Positions 32,120-41,561 of a stretch of 64,000 bases of DNA are shown piece after piece. Both the position numbers and the translations under genes were made by a program. Positions within the stretch are counted from its first letter, which is position 1, and every line of letters starts with the position of its first letter. The notes under the pieces are model-generated. The model was not told the origin of the DNA. It saw only the letters and a list, made by a program, of their open reading frames with translations, and did no database searches. This DNA is from an uncultured Chloroflexia bacterium (lineage in GTDB: Bacteria > Chloroflexota > Chloroflexia > QHBQ01 > JADMIH01), in NCBI GenBank assembly GCA_963797095.1, contig CAWCNY010000006.1, forward strand, positions 1-64,000, given 5' to 3'.

Positions 32120-33919
32120 ATGGGCCCGACTACTGCTGCTTCCCAACCTCGCGCCGCTGCCCCTAAGGACCGCCACCCCTTCCGCACCCTCCTCGGCATC
32201 TATCTCAGGCCCCAGTGGCGCTCTGCCCTCATGCTCTGCATCCTCCTCTTCGGCGGCATAACCCTCCAACTGATCAATCCCCAGGTGCTCGGCACCTTCA
32301 TCGACACCGCCACCGGCACAGGAGGCCCCGGCACCCTCGACCTCCTCATCCGTCTGGCCCTCCTCTACCTGGGCCTCGCCCTCGTCGGGCAGTTTGCCAC
32401 CGTAGCCGAAACTTACGTCGCCCAGAACATCGGCCTCACCGCCACCAACAGCCTCCGCGACGACCTTCTCCTCCACACCCTTCGCCTCGACCCCGACTTC
32501 CACAACTCGCGCACCCCCGGCGAAATGATCGAGCGCATCGACGGCGATGTCTCCCTCCTGGGCAACTTCTTTTCGCGCTTCGTGGTCAACCTCCTGGGCA
32601 ACGGTATCCTCCTCATCGGAGTGCTCGTCCTCCTGCTGGCCATCGACTGGCGTGTGGGCCTCGCCGTCGGCATCTGTAGCCTCTCCGGCGTCTTCCTCAT
32701 GAATTCGTTCCGAGCCTTCGCCGTGCCCCGCTTCAAAGACGCCCGGCAGGCCAGCGCCGACCTCTTCGGCTACCTCGAAGAGCGCCTCGCCGCCACCGAA
32801 GACATCCGCTCCAGCGGCGCGATCCACCACGCCATGCGCGGCCTCCACCTGCGTAACCGTGTCCTCCTTGAAAAGCAGCGCCTTGCCGCCATGATCGGCA
32901 GCGTCGCCTGGAACAGCGCCTTCGTCTTCCTCCTCTTCAGCCTCGCCGCCGCCCTCGGCATTGGCGGCTACCTCTTCATCCAGGGCCAGATCACCATCGG
33001 TACCCTCTATATCACCTTCAACTACACCTCCCTCCTCCGCAACCCTATGGAGCAGATCTCCCGCCAGATGCAAGACCTCCAGCAGGCCGCCGCCGGTATC
33101 TCCCGCATCTACGACCTTCTCAACACCCACAGCGTCCTCAAGGATGGCCCCGGCACCCCCATCCCCTCCGGCCCCCTCTCCCTCGACTTCGACCGCGTGG
33201 CCTTCGGCTACGAAAACAACGCCAACGACCTTGTCCTGCGCGATATCTCCTTCAATCTCCGCCCCGGCGAAGTGCTGGGCCTCCTCGGTCGCACGGGCAG
33301 CGGCAAAACCACCATCACCCGCCTCATTTTCCGCCTCTACGACCCCACGGCAGGCGCGATCAAGCTCGGCGGCGTCGACCTGCGCGATGCCCTCATCAAA
33401 GACCTGCGTCGCCACGTCGGTCTGGTCACCCAGGACATCCAGGTATTCCACGCCAGCGTGCGCGACAACCTCACCCTTTTCGACCGCTCCATCTCCGACC
33501 CCAAAGTAGAGCAGGTGCTTGCCGACCTCGGCCTCGACGAATGGCTCCGCACCCTCCCCTCCGGCCTCGATACGCGGCTTTCCCCCGGCACCTCCGGCCT
33601 CTCTGCGGGCGAGGCCCAGCTCCTCGCTTTCGCCCGCGTCTTCCTCCACGACCCCGGCCTCGTGATCCTCGATGAAGCCTCCTCCCGCCTCGACCCCGCT
33701 ACCGAGCAGCGCCTTGAGCAAGCCGTATCTCGCCTCCTCGAAGGCCGTACAGGCATAATCATCGCCCACCGCCTCGGCACAGTCCAGCGTGCCGACACCA
33801 TAATGGTCCTGGAAGATGGCCTTTGTCAGGAGTACGGCCCCCGCGCCGACCTCGAACGCGACCCCCAGTCCCGCTTCGCCCAGCTACTGAAAGCCGGCTT
33901 AGAAGAGATGCTGGTCTAG
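32120..33919 (+). CDS. ABC exporter, fused TMD-NBD subunit 1
   Basis: TM helices; GRTGSGKT, LSAGEAQ, ILDEASS, IAHRL; TATAAT 6 nt before the ATG. Confidence 0.93.
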   Translation: MGPTTAASQPRAAAPKDRHPFRTLLGIYLRPQWRSALMLCILLFGGITLQLINPQVLGTFIDTATGTGGPGTLDLLIRLALLYLGLALVGQFATVAETYVAQNIGLTATNSLRDDLLLHTLRLDPDFHNSRTPGEMIERIDGDVSLLGNFFSRFVVNLLGNGILLIGVLVLLLAIDWRVGLAVGICSLSGVFLMNSFRAFAVPRFKDARQASADLFGYLEERLAATEDIRSSGAIHHAMRGLHLRNRVLLEKQRLAAMIGSVAWNSAFVFLLFSLAAALGIGGYLFIQGQITIGTLYITFNYTSLLRNPMEQISRQMQDLQQAAAGISRIYDLLNTHSVLKDGPGTPIPSGPLSLDFDRVAFGYENNANDLVLRDISFNLRPGEVLGLLGRTGSGKTTITRLIFRLYDPTAGAIKLGGVDLRDALIKDLRRHVGLVTQDIQVFHASVRDNLTLFDRSISDPKVEQVLADLGLDEWLRTLPSGLDTRLSPGTSGLSAGEAQLLAFARVFLHDPGLVILDEASSRLDPATEQRLEQAVSRLLEGRTGIIIAHRLGTVQRADTIMVLEDGLCQEYGPRADLERDPQSRFAQLLKAGLEEMLV

Positions 33920-35189
33920 TAAACTACCCCATGCCTAAAGGCAGGGGCTTTGCCCTGGAACGTTTGTCTGGACTTCAAGAGGACTTGATTGCAGAGGTTC
34001 CGAGCGGTACGGCCAGCTTACATTGGCCCTGCAAGAAATAATCCTTGCAGCCGAAAGGTCGGCATTAGAAGCGTATCCGCAACCGACACAGAGGAAACGA
34101 GCTTGAGAAGGACGATTAGCTTTATCAATACAGCCGCAAGAAGGGCAAGTACGAGATGTGTTATGCGGATCGACCGCCACTACAACCGTACCGGCCAGGG
34201 CAGCCTTGTATTCGATAAAGCCTCTGAGCTGTTGGAAGGCCCAACTATGCAGAGTAGCACGCTGCCCGCGTCTAACAGTGACACGATCTCGGATACCGCC
34301 GAGTTCTTCGAGGGCGATACCCTGACCGAGTGCCTTCGCGGTCGCTACAATGCGTTTCGAGATTACATGGTTCGTGTGGCGGGCAAAGCGCGCTTCCTTC
34401 GCACGCCTCTTTCTGAGAAGCCGTTTGGCCGAGCGCGTGCCTTTGGATTGCAACTTTGCGCGGAGCCTTCTGTTCCTGTGACGGATGCTCTTGACGGTCG
34501 AACCGGAGTAGATGTTACCCGCGCTATCAACGGCGATGTTAACTACTTCCAGGTCAACCCCCAGGAAGCCCGAAGGCTCGCCTATGGGCGGTTCGGGGCA
34601 ATCGACTACGGTATTGAGGTAAAACTGACCGTCACGCAGGAGAAGGTCAGTCTCGCCCTGCTGAGACAAGAGCAGGCGACGAGCACGCTCATCCGCTTGG
34701 TACGAAAGGCGTATTCTACCGTCTACCGTATTCATAGTTACTTCCGAGTTTTCCTGATACCAGCGCAGAATACGGCTATCGTAAGCGATAGAGCCGTGTT
34801 TGCGGAACGCCCGCTTCACTCTCTTATCAAGTTTATAGGCATCCGCAACCTTAGCAATTACTCTGACAACAATCTGGGCAGAGAGGCCAAACTCATCCTT
34901 TATCCTGTAGTACAAAGCCTTGTGGATGGTGTACTGCCCGAAGGTGTGATTATGCCATGCCCACTCAGAAATATAGTTGGCCGCATCGTTAGCGCGTTCA
35001 AGCGTGCGGAGCAGGGCACGCGCCTGTTCCTCGGAGGGTTGGAGCTTGACAGTGACGGTCAACTTCATAATTTCTATTATGTCATGTTATTTCTATTATG
35101 TCATGTTCTTCAAGACTTGACAAGAAAGGAGAAAGGGGCGTTTCCTCCCCATGTCTAAAGACAGGGGTCTCCACGCCTCTATTAGTTCG
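33919..35189 (-). mobile_element. IS200/IS605-family tnpB-only element (~1271 bp)
   Basis: Subterminal hairpins CCCCATGCCTAAAGGCAGGGG (right end) and CCCCATGTCTAAAGACAGGGG (left end); right end reads GGGGTAGTTTAC on the minus strand; no TSD; no tnpA. Confidence 0.85.
33935..35068 (-). CDS. tnpB: RNA-guided endonuclease TnpB
   Basis: N-terminal 'VKLQPSEEQ'; RuvC motifs 'GVDL', 'IALEEL', 'NAD'; Zn ribbon CPSC...CVGC. Confidence 0.92.
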   Translation of the reverse strand: MKLTVTVKLQPSEEQARALLRTLERANDAANYISEWAWHNHTFGQYTIHKALYYRIKDEFGLSAQIVVRVIAKVADAYKLDKRVKRAFRKHGSIAYDSRILRWYQENSEVTMNTVDGRIRLSYQADERARRLLLSQQGETDLLLRDGQFYLNTVVDCPEPPIGEPSGFLGVDLEVVNIAVDSAGNIYSGSTVKSIRHRNRRLRAKLQSKGTRSAKRLLRKRRAKEARFARHTNHVISKRIVATAKALGQGIALEELGGIRDRVTVRRGQRATLHSWAFQQLRGFIEYKAALAGTVVVAVDPHNTSRTCPSCGCIDKANRPSQARFLCVGCGYASNADLSAARIISCRANVSWPYRSEPLQSSPLEVQTNVPGQSPCL

Positions 35190-37037
35190 ATGAATCCCGC
35201 CTCCAAAATCCGAAATCCAAAATCCGAGATCCAAAATCGAAAGGGTTGGTGGTACATCTGGCGCTTGGCCCGCTTCCGCTTCCCCGTCTACCTCCTGAGC
35301 GGCCTGCTCGCCAGCACCATGTTCTACGTCTTCCCTTTGATCCCCGGCCTATTCGTGCGCCAGATATTCGACGCGCTCTCCAATGGCGCGCCCGCCTACG
35401 ATAGCCTCTGGACCTACGTAGCCCTGATCGCTGCCATAGGCCCGCTCCAGATGCTGTTCACCATCGTGGGCGTCGGTGCAGAGACCACCATGCAACTCAC
35501 AACGGCGGCCCTCCTGCGCCGCAACCTCTTCGAGCGTATCTTGCAACGCCCCGGTGCCAAAGCCCTCCCTTCCTCTCCCGGCGAAGCGATCAGCCGCTTC
35601 CGCAACGATGTCAACGAGATCTACGGCTTCCTCACCTGGACCCTCGACCCCCTGGGCCAGGCTCTCGTCATCATCCTGGCCCTTGTCGTCCTGATCAGCA
35701 TCGACCCAATAATTACGGTGGCCGTCTTCCTCCCTCTGGTCGTAGTGCTTGTGGTTGTGAACTCGGCTACCAAGCGCATCCAGAAGTACCGCAAAGCTAA
35801 CCAGGAGGCCATCGGCGAGGTCACAAGCCTCCTGGGCGAGATATATGGCTCCGTTCTAGCCGTCAAAGTGGCTGGTGCCGAGGAGAACGTAGCGGCGCAC
35901 TTCCGTGGCGTCAACGAGGCCCGCCGCAAAGCCGCCCTCAACGACGTGCTTCTGACCGAACTCCTTAGCTCCATCTCCTTCAACGTCGCCAACCTCGGCA
36001 CCGGCCTGATGCTCCTGGTCGCCGCGCAGGCCATCCAGGGCGGCAGCTTCACCGTTGGCGACTTCGCCCTCTTCGTCTCGTATCTCGGCTGGCTGACTGT
36101 CGTAATCAGCATGTTCGGCAACTACCTCACAAAGTTTCGGCAGGTTCAGATTTCCCTGCAACGCGCCATCGAGCTATTGCAGGGCGCTCCACCTGAGATG
36201 CTTGTCCGCTACAACCCCGTCTACCTGCGAGGCTCCATTCCCCAACCAACCCCCATCCCCAAAACCGAGGCCCACACCCTCAATCGCCTCGAAGCTATTG
36301 GCCTCACCTACCACTATCCCGGCTCCTCACGAGGCGTCGAAGGAGTCAGCTTCAGCATCGAGCGCGGCTCCTTCACCGTCATCACTGGCCGCATCGGCGC
36401 GGGTAAAACCACCCTGCTGCGCGTGCTCCTGGGCCTCCTGCCCCGCGAATCAGGCACTGTCCTCTGGAACGGCGAGGAGGTGGACGACCCCGCCACCTTC
36501 TTAGTCCCGCCCCGCTGTGCCTACACCCCCCAGACCCCCCGCCTTTTCAGCACGACCCTGCGCGAGAACATCCTCCTCGGCCAGCACGATAACGAGCCTT
36601 CCATCTCAGCCGCCCTCCATGCCGCCGTGCTGGAACGCGACATAGGCGAGCTTGACGAGGGCCTCGATACGATAGTAGGCCCGCGAGGCGTCAAGCTGTC
36701 CGGAGGCCAGATGCAGCGCACAGCCGCCGCCCGCATGTTCGTCCGCCAATCCGAGCTATTAGTAGTGGACGACCTCTCAAGCGCCCTAGACGTAGAGACC
36801 GAGGCCGCCCTCTGGGAGCGCCTCGCCCGTCAGCCCAACGTAACCACCCTCGCCGTCTCCAACCGCCGCCCCGCCCTGCGTCGCGCAGGCCGGATAATAG
36901 TCGTCAAGCACGGCCATGTAGAGGGCCGAGGCACCCTGACCGACCTCCTGGAAACCTGCGAAGAAATGCGCCACCTCTGGCACGGCGAGCTAACCCCCGA
37001 AACCATCCCGGAAGCCCAAGAAGAGAACCCAATGTAG
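35190..37037 (+). CDS. ABC exporter, fused TMD-NBD subunit 2 (degenerate site)
   Basis: GRIGAGKT, LSGGQ, Walker B 'VVDD', 'VSNR'; native start ATG 35190. Confidence 0.92.
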   Translation: MNPASKIRNPKSEIQNRKGWWYIWRLARFRFPVYLLSGLLASTMFYVFPLIPGLFVRQIFDALSNGAPAYDSLWTYVALIAAIGPLQMLFTIVGVGAETTMQLTTAALLRRNLFERILQRPGAKALPSSPGEAISRFRNDVNEIYGFLTWTLDPLGQALVIILALVVLISIDPIITVAVFLPLVVVLVVVNSATKRIQKYRKANQEAIGEVTSLLGEIYGSVLAVKVAGAEENVAAHFRGVNEARRKAALNDVLLTELLSSISFNVANLGTGLMLLVAAQAIQGGSFTVGDFALFVSYLGWLTVVISMFGNYLTKFRQVQISLQRAIELLQGAPPEMLVRYNPVYLRGSIPQPTPIPKTEAHTLNRLEAIGLTYHYPGSSRGVEGVSFSIERGSFTVITGRIGAGKTTLLRVLLGLLPRESGTVLWNGEEVDDPATFLVPPRCAYTPQTPRLFSTTLRENILLGQHDNEPSISAALHAAVLERDIGELDEGLDTIVGPRGVKLSGGQMQRTAAARMFVRQSELLVVDDLSSALDVETEAALWERLARQPNVTTLAVSNRRPALRRAGRIIVVKHGHVEGRGTLTDLLETCEEMRHLWHGELTPETIPEAQEENPM

Positions 37038-37465
37038 AGGCACCCTTTATAGGCAATGTTGTCGCATAAACTCACGAACGTGGCCCAAGCGCAGGCATTG
37101 CTAACGGGTGCCCTGTTCGTACACCATCCCAACATAGTCCCGGAGGGACGGCAGAACATAGCCCAGGGCGTAAGCTCTGTGGATAATACGCCACCCAAAG
37201 CAAGTAGTCCTGAAGGAACGCAAGAGAGCAGCCCAGGGTTTACGCCCTGGGCTAAGCCCAAGATAATGCCCTAGCCCCGTAGGGGCGTTAGAACATTCAC
37301 TCCGGTCTTGTATATGATGTAATGACGCAACCCTCTTACGTCCCTTCGGGACTATGGCTTGGGTGGCATTCCATCGGGTACTTACAAGGGGTACATCTTA
37401 CTATTGGTATTTCTATGCTGGTATTTTCATGCGACAACATTGCCCACAAGGGGTGCCTCTACATT
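37031..37465. repeat. REP/MITE-like composite: 37-bp imperfect terminal IRs enclosing several short palindromes
   Basis: IRs 37031-37067 and 37429-37465 (3 mismatches); internal GTCCCGGAGGGAC, AGCCCAGGG..CCCTGGGCT, GCCCCGTAGGGGC, GTCCCTTCGGGAC. Confidence 0.7.
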
Positions 37466-37501
37466 ATTAATGCGGCTGCATCGAGGTATCCGAAGGAATC
37501 C

Positions 37502-37808
37502 CGCCTATGAACGTGATACGTGCAAGAATAGGACATAGAATGCGCTCGAAAATACCGGAACTGCGGGCAAGAAGGACCAAATTGGCTTCCATTGTGGGCC
37601 CAGTCGCCTTCAATTCCACCTCGCATGCCATCAAATCCGTTGATTTGCCAGAGGCAGTAGCCCAATTAGGGCCCGGCGAGAGCAGTAAGGCGTATTTGTC
37701 GGCTAAGCGGGGCGTGAAATGGGTAGCTTCTAACCTTCAAACACGGTTATGAGGGGTTATAATCCCCTCATCTATGTCCTATTCTTGCACGTATCACGTT
37801 CATAGGCG
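37502..37808. mobile_element. MITE-like element with perfect 38-bp terminal inverted repeats
   Basis: CGCCTATGAACGTGATACGTGCAAGAATAGGACATAGA (37502-37539) and its exact reverse complement (37771-37808); no recognisable gene inside. Confidence 0.65.
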
Positions 37809-38054
37809 ATATAGACTTACCAGCTCAAATTCCTGGTGCCGCACTCAAGGGCTGCCACATCAAGAGCGTAGCAGGGGAAGAGTCACGCATGCGTCACAGA
37901 GTCTCCAAATAAAGTACTACCAGTACCTGGTCACAAGGACGCAGCTTTGCGGTATTGCCGACCTAAGGAACTCAGCTTACGGAAATGCATGAAGCAGACG
38001 TGGCGATAATCTGCGTGTGGTATCATTGCCCTGGGGTCGACTATACTGTGCCCT

Positions 38055-38603
38055 ATGGTGGGCAATCCTAGTGACGGGCGTTTCTGTTTCAAGTGTGGCG
38101 GACCCTTGGCCAGACGACAGCTAGAGGGCAAACTTCGGCTGTCCTGCCCTCAATGTGGCTGGATTCATTATGAGCAATTGAAGGTAGGAGTAGGAGCGAT
38201 CATTGAGGGGGACGGCCCAAGTCTACTGCTGATCCGGAGAACACATGAACCTTTTGCTCTGCACTGGAATCTACCTGCTGGGTATGTTGATGCCGACGAG
38301 AGTCCAGAGCAAGCGTTGGTCAGAGAGGTCCAAGAGGAGACCGGTTTACGTGTGGAGATTAATGGTCTCTACAATGTCTACTACTTCACCAATGACCCAC
38401 GCGGAAACGGCATTCTCATCGTTTACAAATGCGAAGTAATCGGTGGACAGTTGGGAGAAACAGAGGAGGCGAAGAACCCAACCTACTTCGTGGTTACCGA
38501 GATACCCGAAGCATTTGCAAGTGGTGGGCATGATCAAGCCATACGCGAGTGGCAAAATCAACAAGACCACGAAGCTTCGGCTTGTTCGCTTAACGTACAC
38601 TGA
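38055..38603 (+). CDS. NUDIX hydrolase with N-terminal zinc ribbon
   Basis: CFKC...CPQC; Nudix box 'AGYVDADESPEQALVREVQEETG'. Confidence 0.92.
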   Translation: MVGNPSDGRFCFKCGGPLARRQLEGKLRLSCPQCGWIHYEQLKVGVGAIIEGDGPSLLLIRRTHEPFALHWNLPAGYVDADESPEQALVREVQEETGLRVEINGLYNVYYFTNDPRGNGILIVYKCEVIGGQLGETEEAKNPTYFVVTEIPEAFASGGHDQAIREWQNQQDHEASACSLNVH

Positions 38604-38623
38604 CAATCAGCGAAATGTGAATT

Positions 38624-39127
38624 TCAGCGACGGAAAACATCCTGATACACCTGCCAGCCGTCCGGACCAAGGCTATCGACGAGTCGGTAGTGCGTGCCAA
38701 CAAACTGGAAGAACCCATCCATCTCTGGCGGCAGACGATACAGCAGCGTCGGCTTCCATTGCCTGCGCGCGTTGACATCGATCGGCGGCGTGATCTTGTC
38801 GCTTGAGGACGCATCGATGATGAGAACGGGCGGATCAGCTTCAACCTCTCTCAAGAAATCGCTTATCATCGGGCTGCCGGTATATCCGTTTGTAAGCAGA
38901 GCGTACTGATATGCAAAACGAGACGTCGATCTCCCTTGAGCGGCGAAGTTCACGCCCGGCTCGGCGCCCCACATCAACACAGAGTCGGTCGACTTTGTAT
39001 GCGCCCACACATATTGGACTGCTTCAGCACGCGTTACTTCTGTTGTTGTGGGAGTACTGGTTCTTGTCAGCACCATGACCGAAGGGATTCCGATGATCAC
39101 GGGCAGAAAGGCACCGAGCACGAACAC
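38624..39127 (-). pseudogene. Probable C-terminal remnant of a membrane glycosyltransferase (GT-C-like)
   Basis: One TM helix then 'YV..HT...DSVLMWG.EP...F...R....F', resembling extracytoplasmic GT-C tails; no upstream multi-TM region. Confidence 0.45.
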
Positions 39128-39191
39128 CCGTACCCCGGCGTTCCACTTCTCACCAGGTTTTGCACTCAGTCTGTTCCCGGCAAATAGCGCT

Positions 39192-39218
39192 TGTCATCCT
39201 GAACGAAGTGAAGGATCT
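39192..39218. repeat. REP-like element (TGTCATCCTGAACGAAGTGAAGGATCT)
   Basis: Resembles the widespread 'GTCATCCTGAGCGAAGCGAAGGATCT' small palindromic repeat. Confidence 0.55.
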
Positions 39219-39856
39219 CGCTCCCCAAGATCACCTTCGCAAGCCCACCACGCCAGAGAGTGCCCACAACGAGCAAGATCCTCAAACTCACTCAACCAAC
39301 CCCAAAATCGCCCAAAAAACCACCCGCTTGGCCCTATCCAAATCCAAACAAATGTGCTAAGTCCAATACAAGAAGTACTTTCACCCTCCCTGCCGCGCAA
39401 CATGGAGGACATAGAGACAAGACTGGTGTCCCTATGCAGCTTTGCGTTTAGCCTTTAGCACCTTACCAGAGGAACATACCAAAGAATGGTCAGCCAAAAG
39501 CCGGTGGCTCTCTCAACACCACCCCCGCTCCGGTCTCCCAACAGCGGACCCTAAGGGGACCAGCACGGAGCGGTAATCCAGTGTGCATTCGTGTCACACC
39601 CTCTATCGGCAAGAGGAACCCTGCGCCACACGAACCCAGTTGCGCCCACAGGGACACCATCCCATAAGCTAACCCATCATAAAAAGGAAAGGGTGCATGA
39701 GGACCCAACCAGACCCCATGCACCCCCTTCCCCATACCTAAAACTTCAAACTCAAAACCTCTAAAAACCTTCGTGCCCTTCGTACTCCTTCGCCCCTTCG
39801 TGTACAAAATCCAAATACGCAGTAAGCAGTACGAAATATGCAGTAAGCACTATCCC

Positions 39857-41467
39857 CTACTCCTCCGCCTCCACTACCTCCCGAGGAAACCGCACCACCA
39901 CCACCGCCGCCACCGCCGCCATCACAAACATCCCGAAGAACACCCACCACAGGCTGTTAGCCAGCGCCCCTTGCAAAGCCGAGCGCGTAGCTGGCGCAAG
40001 CAATGTCCGCGTCGTCAAATCAAAGAGCGCGTTCACAGGCCCCAGCGTCGGGTCCGACCCCGCCTTCATCGCCTGCGCGGGCATATCACTGACCAGCGCC
40101 TTCATAGCGTCAGTCGCCAGTTGCGGCGCGAGAGTAGCCGTCAGCACCGCCCCCAGCGCCGCCGCAGCCGTCGCGTTTCCCATGTTGCGGAAGAACTGCA
40201 CCACCGCCGTCGAAATACCCCGCTCGGACCACGGCACCGAAGCCTGCACAGCGATGATCATCGTGGTCGTATTGAAGCCAAACCCAACCCCGCACACCAG
40301 GCTGGCCACCAGCACCACCACCGTCCTCAGAAGCCCATTGCCCGAAATACCAGGCGCTCCTACCGTCAGCAGCAACAAGCACCCCACAAGCAATATCGCC
40401 ATGCCTGATACCGCCACCGTCCTGTACCCGAATCGCTTGATCAACTTCCCGCTCTGCGAGCTAGCTGCGGGCCACCCGATAGACAGCGGCGCGACCAGCA
40501 GGCCCGCCTCGATAGGAGTTCCACCCCACGCTCCCTGCGCGATCAGCGGCACATACGACGCAAACCCGATTAGCACTCCGCCAGCCACCATACCCACGAT
40601 GCATGTCACCAGCAGTAGCGGCTTCGACAGCAGGCTCAGCGTCAGAATAGGCGATACTGCCCTCCTCTCAAACCACCCGAACACCACCAGCAACGCAATC
40701 GCTCCCGCCACAAGCAATATCACCTGTGTTGAAAGCCACCCATCGCGCCCACCTTCCTGCAATGCCACCAGCCCCAGCGCAACGCCCACCGTAAGCGTCA
40801 CCCCGCCCATGATATCCACCCGCCCGCGCGAGTGTATGTGCGGCTCGCGCAGATACAGGAAAAAGAGCAGCGACGACACGATGCCAACCGGTACATTGAT
40901 GAAGAACACCCACCGCCAATCGGCGAACTGCACCAGCGCCCCACCTATAAGCGGCCCAACCACGCTCGACACGCCCCACACCGCCCCGAACACACCCTGC
41001 ATACGGGCGCGCTCCTCAAGATCGAACATGTCGCCTATGATCGTCAGCGAGATCGGCAGCACCGCCCCCGCCCCTATTCCCTGTATCGCCCTGAACGCGA
41101 TCAGCGAGGGCATGTTCCAGGCAAGCCCGCACAGCGCCGATCCCAGTATGAAAAGTCCCGACCCCGCCATAAACACAGGCTTGCGCCCATACATGTCGGC
41201 CAGCTTGCCATACAAGGGCACAGTGGTGGTCGCCGTCAACAGATATGCCGACACCACCAGTGAGTACAATGGCAGCCCGCCCAGCACCCCCACTATAGTT
41301 GGCAGCGCCGTCGCCACCACCGTCCCGTCCAGCGCCGACAGCGCCGTAGCCAGTATCAGCGCCACGATGATCGCGGGCTTGTTCAGCGCCATCGTCCGCG
41401 ACGGCCCCGCAGACTTTGTAGCTGCCCCTATGCCCTCTAATTCCTCTTCAGCAATGCTCGTTTCCAT
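39857..41467 (-). CDS. MFS drug:H+ antiporter (DHA2, 14-TM)
   Basis: 'LDGTVVATALPTI', 'GKLADMYGRK', 'WRWVFFINVP'. Confidence 0.93.
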   Translation of the reverse strand: METSIAEEELEGIGAATKSAGPSRTMALNKPAIIVALILATALSALDGTVVATALPTIVGVLGGLPLYSLVVSAYLLTATTTVPLYGKLADMYGRKPVFMAGSGLFILGSALCGLAWNMPSLIAFRAIQGIGAGAVLPISLTIIGDMFDLEERARMQGVFGAVWGVSSVVGPLIGGALVQFADWRWVFFINVPVGIVSSLLFFLYLREPHIHSRGRVDIMGGVTLTVGVALGLVALQEGGRDGWLSTQVILLVAGAIALLVVFGWFERRAVSPILTLSLLSKPLLLVTCIVGMVAGGVLIGFASYVPLIAQGAWGGTPIEAGLLVAPLSIGWPAASSQSGKLIKRFGYRTVAVSGMAILLVGCLLLLTVGAPGISGNGLLRTVVVLVASLVCGVGFGFNTTTMIIAVQASVPWSERGISTAVVQFFRNMGNATAAAALGAVLTATLAPQLATDAMKALVSDMPAQAMKAGSDPTLGPVNALFDLTTRTLLAPATRSALQGALANSLWWVFFGMFVMAAVAAVVVVRFPREVVEAEE

Positions 41468-41561
41468 ATTGTCCCATTATCACAAATTATGCCTGTATGA
41501 AAAAGAGTATGGGCGGGTTCAAGACCCGCCCTCACCGCCTATTGACCTGTTTATCACTCGC

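Noticed and set aside
33989-35158. 389-aa plus-strand ORF
   Set aside because: Antisense shadow of tnpB with no recognisable motifs.
33919-35189. IStron (group I intron-IS hybrid)
   Set aside because: The left end is only ~120 bp, leaving no room for a group I intron core, and the insertion is between ORFs.
36760-36870. Walker-B DD and H-switch N in ABC subunit 2 as damage
   Set aside because: Degenerate nucleotide sites are normal in heterodimeric ABC exporters.
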